A stretch of 64,000 nt of DNA from positions 4,592,123 through 4,656,122 of the forward strand of contig NW_002060944.1 of NCBI RefSeq assembly GCF_000150275.1, given 5' to 3'. The position numbers and the translations under genes were made by a program. The DNA comes from Trichoplax adhaerens (lineage: Eukaryota > Animalia > Placozoa). The notes below the pieces were generated by a model that was not told where the DNA came from, did not search any database, and saw nothing but the letters and a program-made list of their open reading frames with translations. Position 1 is the first letter of the stretch. Each line of letters begins with the position of its first letter. Below are positions 12,960-24,100 of the stretch, in pieces.

Positions 12960-14470
12960 GGTGATATTATTATAATACAGTATAGGTAGTAAGGATTGCA
13001 ATGGATAGATGGATAGAAGGTACTCGAATCTACACAGTACATGACATCAAGAAAGCGAACCTCTCATTAATCGGATGAGAGATGGCGATTGCAAAGATAC
13101 AACTTTGATTTCTATCCGTATAGGATCAGAAAATGCAATATCGTTCAGGAGCGATCTTGCTTGCAATACATCAATATCGCAGTAATTTCCGAGTCTTCTA
13201 TCCTTCTAATCGCCACCTAAAACAAACACTACATAAGATATCAAGACGAAGACTAAGATTGAGTTGCTATGATTTCATTCCCAATTTATCGTGGAAGACG
13301 AGTGCATATGTTACGGTCAATCCCGGCATTATAACACATATAGACGAAAATTAGAATTATTCCTTAGGGCAGATATTGCCAATGTTTACCTACGAAGTAG
13401 CCTTGAAGCTAAACTGTACATTCTACTGTACGGTATATAATGAGTAAGATTTTGTGTACCATTTTTAGTTGCAATAGCAAGTAAGGATTGTAATGGATAG
13501 AAGGTACTCGAATCTGTACAGTACATGCTATCAAGAAAAAGGAATCCCTAATTAATTCCATCAGAATTGGCGATTGCCAAGATACAACTTTGATTTCTAT
13601 CCATCTACAATCCGAAAAATGCAATATCGTTCAGGAGCGATTTTGCTTGCAAAGGCTTCAATATCGCAGTGATTTCATTGGCTTCTATCCTTCTAATCAC
13701 CACCTAAAATACTACATAATATATCAGGATGAAGACTAAGATCGGATTGCTATGATTTCATTCCCAATTTATCGTAGAAGACGAGTGCATATGTTACGGT
13801 CAATCCCGGCATTATAACACATATAGACGAAAATTAGAATTATTCCTTAGGGCAGATATTGCCAATGTTTACCTACGAAGTAGCCTTGAAGCTAAACTGT
13901 ACATTCTACTGTACGGTATATAATGAGTAAGATTTTGTGTACCATTTTTAGTTGCAATAGCAAGTAAGGATTGTAATGGATAGAAGGTACTCGAATCTGT
14001 ACAGTACATGCTATCAAGAAAAGGAATCCCTAATTAATTCCATCGGAATTGGCGATTGCCAAGATACAACTTTGATTTCTATCCATCTACAATCCGAAAA
14101 ATGCAATATCGTTCAGGAGCGATTTTGCTTGCAAAGGCTTCAATATCGCAGTGATTTCATTGGCTTCTATCCTTCTAATCACCACCTAAAATACTACATA
14201 ATATATCAGGACGAAGACTAAGATCGGATTGCTATGATTTCATTTCCCAATTTATCGTAGAAGACGAGTAGAGATAGACGAAAATCAGAATTGATTTCTT
14301 TAGGGCAGATATTGGCGGAGTTGATGAACAAAGTTGAATAGGCTTGGGGGTAAACTGTATAGGATTCTAGTCCTGTAGAGTACAGTAGATAGTGAGTAAT
14401 GATTTTTGTGGAACATTTTCAATTGCAATAGAAATTATACCACGATTGTAATGGAAAGAAAACACTGGAA
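12960..14470. repeat. Tandem array of a ~483-bp unit (~3.2 copies) filling the DUSP12/VPS52 divergent intergenic region
   Basis: ggatagaaggtactcgaatct at 13011, 13495 and 13978; aatgtttacctacgaagtag at 13381 and 13864; ttgctatgatttcatt at ~13264, ~13748 and ~14229. The central copies are nearly identical and the outer copies are diverged. Confidence 0.95.
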
Positions 14471-14677
14471 TGGCTATAGTGTAATACTATACGCGTTTAC
14501 ATGAATGATACAGTATACTATGATAGTAGATCAACTCCATCGGCGTGCTATGCCATACTACACTCTAGTCATCGCACTACACTTTTAGACAGTATACTAA
14601 AATTGGACTAGAGAAGAAAAGAATATCCTCGGATGGTAGCCGGACGGATCACTAAGGCTTTGAAAAACTGGAGCAAT

Positions 14678-17600
14678 ATGGCTGATGTAGAAGGAGCTGT
14701 GGAAAAAGAAGATACACCAAGGCAGACACTTGAAAATGGAGAGGAAGAGGTAAGCGATATCGTTAAAGTAGAACATAGAGTACGATTCAATAAGCAGTTG
14801 CAAGTTGATGTTTAAAACATGATGATTGAAAACATCACTTTTATCGACTTGTATTGGCGTTGGATAGCCTCAGATCAATTTAGAACTTGGCCAGTTGGAT
14901 TTAACCTCGCAAGACGATTACTTTTTAGATGAAGTGGATGGTAAGTGTATAGGGTATATTTTATACGGTAGATGACAGGAAATGGATCTTGACAGGAATG
15001 GATCTTGTTTTTGATGGAGATATCCATTAGAGAATTAGATCATCTTGATGACTGTACTGTTACTTTGATGATCGTGAAAACAATACTTTTGCATCGAATC
15101 CACAACGTTATTGATATATTGATGTCAGTATATCTTCTGATTGATAGTGCATATTCAAGAAAATCTAGAAGATGAATTAGTCCAAGAAGCACTTAAAACG
15201 GTATAATCACTATCGGTAGAGGCTTGACTCAGCTTTGATATCATCAGTTGAATTCTTTCCTTTGGACTATTTTATGTAGGGTGTCGATTTACGACAGTAC
15301 TCACGACAGATACAGCGTGAGCTTTGCGTTGTGGAGAATTCATCTATACAAGATTGTATCCCCTCCTCGTACTTTGTACAACATTTAACGTACTATTGCT
15401 ACATTCATTCAAGTAAACAATCAAACTTATTAGAAGTGATATAGCAATGCTCTTTAACTAAGACTTAATATACAAAGATATCAAAGAAAGCGAAAATATT
15501 GCCAGTTTACATTATCAGATTGCTTCTTGTGACTCTCTCCTAGAGGTAATGTTCATAATGATCAGTCTACTGCTAAATACTGTTATAAATCTTAAACTAT
15601 TGTTTCAATGCCTAGTGTAAGTCTTAGCTTAACAGTCATATTTAGCCTCTCGATGTTGTAATCAAGACTTTTTTCGCTCCGATAGGTATTTATTTTCTCC
15701 TACATTAGATTATCCTTAGAATTATAATTGTACATATTGTCTAAGTTAGCTATAGGACTCGAGAGAGTAGAGATACCATTGCTTTTTTCCATGATGCTCT
15801 TAAAATGATTCACCAATATTACGTTCTAAAGATAATACCAATGTTTTGATCAACATGAATTGAACTCGTAGTCAATCAGATGTACTTGTGCATACAATTA
15901 TTACTGTAGATTGTACGGATAAATCTATTTATGTCTCAAAATAAGGAATCAATTTGTATTTTTCGCAGCTTATGATACTAATAACTCATTTTCTTTCTTC
16001 TATTCCAGCGAATGGAACAGATGCTAAGTAGCTTTCAGGTCATTATTTATACTTACACTGGAGACGTATTAATGATATGTTTAATTTCTAAGACTTGGAT
16101 TTATTGCTTGCTAACGATAACAGACTGACTTGCGTAGCATTAGTACAGAAATTCAGACCTTACAAGAGCAATCTATGTCTATGAATATTAAATTAAAGAA
16201 TCGACAGGTAACTCAATTTGTACAATCTATGCTGTACGAAGATGATAAAGTTATTTATTGATGTAGTTATCTATAATGAAATCCAATTAATACTAACAAT
16301 TCTTCAATGTCATCAGTCGGTTAGGAGTGAACTTAGCCAGTTCGTTGATGAAATGGTTGTTAGCGATTATCTTATAAAGTCAGTATATAGAATCATTTAT
16401 TTATTCTGTATTTGCTTTTATTGATCTACTGTATACTGCAAAATTAACTGCAACCTTGCTTTATCTATTAGACATATTTGTGAGACTTCTGTAGTCGAAC
16501 GTGCTTTTATCGAAAGTTTACACGAACTAGCACATAAAATTAATTTCTTAAAGGAGCAAATGTTTCGTGATACATTGGCTTGCGAAGATGTTAAGGATGT
16601 CATCGAAAAACTGAGAGTGAAGGTTATATTTCAGCGACATTGTCGCCTATTATCACCTTTATGCAATCCATTAAATTATTCCCCTACATTAATTTTTAGG
16701 CCGTAAGTAAATGTCGTGATTATTTGCTCGGCAAAATTTATCAGTTCCGTAAGCCTATGGCAAACTATCAAGTTCCACAGGATACGCTATTACGTTATAG
16801 GTAAGACTTTTCCTTCAGAAGAGGTCATTGACGCTACTCATTTATTCAGTAATTAACACTCTGCTATTTACTTCCTTGTAGATATTTTAATGAATTTCTT
16901 ATGTCGAATCATCGTCAAGTTGCCACAGAAGTGCGGGATGTTTACCTGGAAACTATGAGCAAAATCTATTATTGCTATTTCCGTGGATATATTACAAAAT
17001 TGTTAAAATTGCCGGTAAGTTATGAATAGTAATTGTAATACTAATAGTAGTATTGAGCCAAAACGAAGCTTGCATCTTTTGAATGTGTATTTACAGATAG
17101 AAACTATCGCTGAAAAGGAAGATTTAATAGGAACAGAAGATTCTACTAGACGAGATATCTTTCTAATGTGCTTTATGCACTCTTTCTAATTTTTTACTTC
17201 ATTGTAGCACAATTCAATCAATAAGTTAATAAGATAGTCCTTGACAATGAAGTAACCCTGTTTTCAGTTAAAACGGTCGTAAAAAATCGATCAGCTATAT
17301 TTTGTTTAGGACACCGAATATGCGTCTTGACAACTGAACTGAATGATCCAATCATTGTACCTCATACTGCTGGTAAAGGAGATAAAAAGGTTTGTCATTT
17401 TAACATTTCTCTAGGATCTAGATTATGTTTCCAAATTAAATTACTGACATTGCAAACTATCTATCTATTAATAGCATTCCTTAGAAAATATATTTAGAAG
17501 TGTTCAATTCGCTTTGGCGGATAACTGTTGCCGTGAATACCAATTTGTAGTTGATTTCTTTAATGCAAGTGGCTCACGCGCACAAGATTTATTTACCAGC

Positions 17601-19294
17601 ATATTAGGAAAAACACTTCACTTATATTTGGTAACTTTATTGCAATTTAAATTACAGTATAGTTACGTAAAGATTTTTATATGGGCTGTAATTGAAGACT
17701 AACCAAATATCTTGATGTATAGAAATATACTGATATGTACTTAGAAGGATGTTATGATGGAATTGGTGTATTATTGTGCTTGCATCTTGCATATCGCTAC
17801 CAAGAAATGATGGAGAAGAAGAATATTCCATGCCTTGAAAAGTAAAGTTATCACTATTATTATTCCTTGGAAACAATTGACAGTATCGCTTATCCATTAT
17901 CAAATTTTTAAGATGTAATTCATGTTATATACTTACCATTTTGAAGGTACTGGAACTCTTTGCTTGCCAATATTTGGCCTAAATTTGCACATATTATGGA
18001 GCTTAATATACAAAGTATTAGGGATATTGACCCACAGAAAGTCAACAATATCGATATTAGGCCTCATTACGTAAGTATATATACAAATTTTGCAAGATTC
18101 CACACGACTAGATGTTGTAATTTATTCATTCAAGTGCTGCCGATATAAACAGATAGATTTTCTGTTAGGTTGCCCGCCGATATACTGACTTTTGTCAAGC
18201 TATATTAACAATTAATGAATTTCATGCAGATGAAAAGGTATTACGCTAATACTTTTAATCATCATTATTCACGTTTGATTTACCCCTTGTTATTTTCATC
18301 TTTTTTATTTGAACGTAAATAAACTTTATCCTCAATTTTTTTTTCACATAGGCTATGAAATTGATGGGGCAATTGCAAATGGAAGTAGAAAACTTCATTT
18401 TGAGAATGGCTGCAGAATTTCAGCATCGAAAGGAACAGTTAATATTTTTAATAAACAACTACGATCATATGATGACAGTAAATCTAGTAAGAATGGCCAT
18501 TGAATTATTACTACCTATGTTATTGCAGTTTTTGATAGTCGTTGATATTGCCGTAGTTAAACACTAATTTCATTTTGTATTAGGATCGGGTAAATGACGA
18601 TGGATCACATCATGAAAGTTTCCAACAAACTCTAAATGCACGTATTCAAGAATTTGTTGAGGAGGTACTGCATTTCGGTAATGTCGTTGTTTATTAATTT
18701 AATTTTGATCACTAAAAGGTTTGTATATATATTTTTTATTTAGATTCTACAACCTAACTTTGGAGGTATGATTAATTTTGTTAAGGAAACTGAAAATGCT
18801 ATTGAACATGGTAATAAAGTCCATGTTGATGAACGTAAGTAAGAGTATTTTATCATCGACTCTAGACAGTTTGTTCATTTATATGAGCCGTACCAACACT
18901 CAATATTGTGTATACACAGGTCGTATAAAAACTTTAATCCAATCATTCAATGCCGAATGGAAGAAAGCCATAGATAATATAGATCACGATGTTATGCAAT
19001 CATTTACTAACTTTAAGAATGGAACATCAATCTTACAGGTAATATTTTGCATCCAATCAATTTACTTGAGACTATGATTGGTATACTCATAGTGATATTT
19101 GTATAAATATAACTTACATTGGTCTCTTATTGATTGTTATTTTATAGGCCGTTTTAACACAATTAATTCAATATTACCATCGTTTTCAAAAGATCCTTAA
19201 TCAGTCTCCGTTTAAAAATTTAACCTGTCGCAATGAAATTATTAATATACATAATGTAATGGTTGAAATTAAGAAACATAAGACATCTCTCTAA
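14678..19294 (+). CDS. VPS52: Vacuolar protein sorting 52 (GARP/EARP complex subunit), ~20 exons
   Basis: Spliced motifs VQEALKTGVDLRQYSRQIQREL, DYIKESENIASLH, DLRSISTEIQTLQEQS, FRKPMANYQVPQ, DNCCREYQF, DIRPHYVARRY, QLIFLINNYD, SFTNFKNGTSILQAVLTQLIQYYHRF...VMVEIKKHKTSL*. Stop TAA at 19292-19294. Confidence 0.97.
15356..15477 (+). other. Putative U12-type (minor spliceosome) GT-AG intron in VPS52
   Basis: Donor GTATCCCT (U12 consensus GTATCCTT). Branch-like TCTTTAAC lies ~20 nt before the AG, and there is no polypyrimidine tract. Splicing restores QD|YIKES. Confidence 0.7.
17155..17255 (+). other. Putative U12-type intron with AT donor and non-AC acceptor in VPS52
   Basis: Donor ATATCTTT follows ...TRRG and no usable in-frame GT donor is present. 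Branch point TCCTTGAC at 17238-17245. The frame is restored by acceptors at AA 17255, AG 17252 or AG 17267, but not by AC 17256. Confidence 0.7.
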
Positions 19295-20410
19295 AGAGAT
19301 ATTCTATTTAAGATATTATTGTAAAATGCAAGCCTTTATGATACAATACCGTGTAGCTAATAGCCAGTAACTCAACTCATACTTTTTGCACACACATACG
19401 CATATATATATATATACAGTATATATAGGGTACTATTGTACGGCGACGATGTCAGTATCAAGTAATATATCTACGTATATTCTAGAAATTGTACTGTATA
19501 TCTCTGATGAACTTAAAAGTAATAAGTTGCAATTTTTAAGATCCTTGAATGCGTTAGCCAAGTATTTGGATATTTTTAGTAGATTTAAAAATTTTTTGAA
19601 TTGATGTAAAAGCATTACTTGATTTATGGTACTCATGAGTACCGTACCCAAGCTTACGCATAACTAGATATACCGTACTCCTATAATAAATTAAAATATT
19701 TTGAAGTTAGCCTAACTTTCAAAGTCGCTTTTGCTATATTGTATTATCTTTTTAGTTATTGGAGTGTAAGTACTCCTGGTTTACAAGACATCGCGTTACA
19801 GCATCAGCAATCGATTGTCAATTGTACTGTACGTATTATTTTCACTCATTCATTCTATAATTATAAATTTTATTATTATGGCTTGGCATGAGAGTATTTT
19901 TCATCTTTGGGAAGATCCAATCAGCAAATAGTCCTATGCATAAAGTCTACTACATCTTATTCTTATTACTTATAATTATAGATGATCACCTAGTAGAATC
20001 TTGCTACTAGGCTGTAAAACCTTTCCGTAGTTGTAGGTTACTGCCAGAGGTCCAATCTCTAATTTACTATCAGTAGTATTACTAGTATAGTTGCAGTGAT
20101 CCCTGCTCAAGTATAGTAGCTAGAACTTCTATCATCCAGTTTCGCGAAAATTAGGCTATTCTGCAGGTGTACAGTACCTATTTTCATCTGCTGTATTAGC
20201 AGGTGTAATCAGTACAGTAAATGGCGAAGGACCTAAAGACTAATTCATTTCAATTACCTTGCAACAAACAGATCAACTAGGACTTTGCTACCATTCCACA
20301 TTGCGGATATAACCTTTCGATAGTCTACTGACTATAAATGGATTCAATTCCATTGCAGATGTGGCTTATTTTTAAATTTTTATACCAAGCCAAATTAGGA
20401 AAAGTAGTAG

Positions 20411-20452
20411 CATGGACTTCTAGAACTATACCCCTACTTCTAGAAGTCCATG
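20411..20452. mobile_element. 42-bp miniature TIR element with 7-bp target-site duplication
   Basis: Perfect 15-bp inverted repeats CATGGACTTCTAGAA (20411-20425) and TTCTAGAAGTCCATG (20438-20452). Flanking direct repeats GTAGTAG at 20404-20410 and 20453-20459. Related CATGGACTACT ends at 20521 and ~20608. Confidence 0.7.
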
Positions 20453-20877
20453 GTAGTAGGATCTAAAGAACAATTTACGCGACATATTTGTAACAGTAAA
20501 GGTTAAAGCTTGCGGAATGCCATGGACTACTGTAGATAAAATACGTCAATCGGTCTAATAATTTCCTAGTAGTCCATATTCAGATGCCATAGATCCATGG
20601 AGGCAGGCATGGACTACTAGACAGACGCCGGTAAAATTTTGAGTACTGTATGGTAGAGGTAAAAGTACTGTACACTGTACGGTACTGCAGTATCACGTCT
20701 TTGTGCAGTGATACTGATATGAGTATAGCATTCTCTTATACTTTATGTTATTATAGTGTGCAAAATGAGCTGTCATTCTTACACCTCTGTCAGTGGTTAC
20801 TGCAACACAGTACTGTACTGTAATACTCTACTGTAGAAGAAGAATTGTACATAGCGTCACACCGGTTCTCTCTTGTG

Positions 20878-20910
20878 ATTGGTCCAGGTCGCAATTTCGT
20901 TAATTTCAAA
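20878..20910 (+). promoter_or_regulatory. Candidate inverted CCAAT box plus CHR-like element upstream of ASPM
   Basis: ATTGG at 20878-20882 and TTCAAA (reverse TTTGAA) at 20905-20910, just before a probable 5' UTR exon (donor ~21001, acceptor ~21080). These are short motifs in AT-rich DNA. Confidence 0.35.
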
Positions 20911-21182
20911 AAAAAATACTTGCAGATAAATATGCAACAGTACGATGAAGAGCATTTCAGTGAAATTGGCGATGTTTTCCATAATATCCATTAATAGTAG
21001 GTTGTACATTTCTCCATCAAGACCACATTGATCAGTTATACTGTACAACAAGCACGTTATTTCATTTCTTTGAGTTGCAGAGATTTGGACTATGCAAAAT
21101 CTCCATCATCATCTCCAGTAGTAGAAATAATTGAAAGAGAATATTGAAGTGATCAGTCAACATACAAAATTCCACAGCAAAA

Positions 21183-24100
21183 ATGACTGACCATTGCATA
21201 CGTCAAGAAGAAAATAAAGAAAATGTAGCATCATCTGAGCCGTTTCTAAAATTTGTCCCATTTAATGGTAGTCAATCGGCAGCACAAACACAAACTGAAG
21301 ATGATCATCCTGTTTTAGTATTGAAACATTTTGCTCAAGTACCCAAGCTCTATTTTGATAAAGTCAAAGTTGGCCGAAACAAATCGATTTTATTAACGAT
21401 TGTCAATCCATCGTCCAAAATACATCATATCAAAGTTGGAAAAGTATCTGAATTAAAAGGCTTTACAGTCAATACAACAACATTAGCTATCCAACCCGAG
21501 AGTCAACAACAACTCGAAATTACCTGGAATCCTAAAGTCGTTGGCTCAGTTCACGATACTTTGGTTTTAGTAAGCCAAAACACTCACCGATTACACGTAG
21601 TTCTTAATGGAACTGCTATTGAATCGCCTCATAAGGTATGATTAACTTACACATATTTGATAGCACGGTATTTTAGACGATATTTGAAGTTGAAACTGGA
21701 ATAAATACAATATGCTGTACATTACATACTGTATCGAAATACATAGTTCAAAAGAACATGTTGAATCTTATGATTACACGTACAGTACACGTATATCTTG
21801 CTCGGCTATAGTATACCAATTACGGTCAGCTAATGCGCCTAGATTAAAAATAACGTCATTTCTAACCGATCCTTGTGGCTAATAATTATAATTATTTTTA
21901 TAATTATTGTAGAAAAGAACCGGGCGAAGACTTAATCAACAACGTCATCAAGTTAATAATAAACTACACAAGGTAATGGAAGAGACTATGCAATCGTCGT
22001 TCATCATAATCAATTCATCTAATATTGATGCTATCAATGTTGAAATGGACTGATAAACTGACAAAGTATTGTAGCAACTGGGTGTACTTATGGAAGTAAT
22101 GTAAAATTTTTATGTTATCTTTTTTCACACGTTAGATTAACACATCGAAGCCAAATCAGAAAGCAGTACTAAATACAGTCATTGATGTCTTACAGGGAGA
22201 CGCTAACAAGGTGACCATAACATCAAAAATTCAAACTTATAGTAATGTATAATAATTTAAAGGATCTACCCAATTAATCTTATATGTGTTGATATCCATG
22301 TATTATTTAGAATAATAAATCGGAATCAAATCAAAAAGTTCCAACAACAACTACAACTGATGCTGTACAAAATGATACGAAACATCAAGTTCAAGACGAA
22401 CAAACTAATGTATCAACTTCAAATCATCATCAACAATATGGCCAAGAAAAATTTGTCAATTCCCAGTTGGTTGATTTTCAATCAACTAATCATGATAACC
22501 AATTAAAAAAAAGTCATTTTGGTAATCATATTATTCGAGAAACTTACACTAAATCGGAATTGGAAGATTCTCTATTAGGAAATGTTGATTCATGTCCAGA
22601 TGATAAAGAAGACAATGATAATAACAACCGTAATAATAGCAATCTTAACACCCAAGAAAGTAATTCCAAGACAGAATTTAAAGTTCGTATCAATAAGACC
22701 ATTCCTAATAAATGCGTTAAGGCCAAAGTAAACTCTGAAAGTACTGCTAAGAATAAGACTAAGCAACAACAGCTTCAGTCTTCACAACGCAAGGGTAATA
22801 AAGATAAACTGTTAATAAAAATACTAGTAAACGATATATAGATTTAATATTGCGTTATACTTATCTCCTATCTCTTTTGCTTATCTATGGGCATATCTGC
22901 CTAAAACTTTCCTTGTAGCCACTCTTCCAAAAACATTCAACATAAGGGGCATAGCTCAATCTCGCCTGCGACTCATTTCTAATGGATCCGGTTAGTTGAC
23001 TCTATTTTGATTGATAACAATGTAGCGTATCTATTCTACTTCTGATTGTAATGTTGGTATATTCAAATACTTCTTTAATACAGCAGTTAAGAAAACCAAA
23101 ACAATCTCACCATTTGCAAGTCAAAATAATTGTTACGATGATCGCTGGATTGATAAGCAAGAAAGAGGTCAGACATTGACGTTTTCTGAGTATTAAATAC
23201 GCATAACTCTTTATTCATATTGCAATTAAATACTTTATAAAAATCTTAATTATTGTTATTAATGACTTGCAGGATTTACGTGTTGGCTTAATTTTATTCT
23301 TGTTCCTTGCGAAGATGGCGTATCTATGAACAAATTTGTAACCAAAGGTAACTAATTCTAAAATACCTGGTATCTACTAATATCCATTTATCATTCGATG
23401 AAATTATCTAACTACATCTCTCTTGTATTATAGTTGATGCTAGTACCCTAGCACTAACAACGGATACAACAACACGACAGTATCATCCGACTAAAGATAC
23501 CTTATCATACAAAAATTATGAAAATCGAAAGCATTTAATGATGCTAAGGAGAGCAGCATGTATATTATACCAATCGAAGCCAGTTAGAATGGTGGTAGAA
23601 CGTATTACTGATGCTGTAAAAGAAAGAAAATTTACATTCAAACTGGATGCTAATATTCATAGTGATTTAGGTATTAATTAAAATAATTTTTCATATTTTC
23701 AATTTATTAAATATAGCGGTAGATATAGTGTTTCAAAATTAATATAAGATTTTTAATTGACTATAATTCTCAATATGACTAGGCCTCAAACAAAACTTGT
23801 TAGATCTATTGCTATCATATAATCCACTTTGGCTACGCATTGGATTAGAGGTATATTATTATGTTGATAAGATGCTATGAAGGAATTAAAATAACGATTT
23901 TAATAATTTCTGATAAATATAATATATTCTGATCACTCTATAAGACTTCCAGAACAATTAACGTATCGAAATAACTAAAAATTCTTCTCACATTGATACT
24001 GTATCATATCAATAAAATATTACACTCTATATCTCAAGCGCTGATATAAAGTGAAGCGATTTAACATATTAATTTGGTATTATGGATCTTTCCTATTAAT

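Noticed and set aside
12960-14470. Repeat arrays as CRISPR; ORFs 13133, 13409 and 13976 as genes
   Set aside because: The units are long contiguous duplications with no unique spacers or cas genes, and the ORFs are not preserved between copies.
19880-21051. Exon-like minus-strand fragments and a 64-aa ORF divergent from ASPM
   Set aside because: I could not build a consistent spliced frame: the implied introns are too short and there are in-frame stops.
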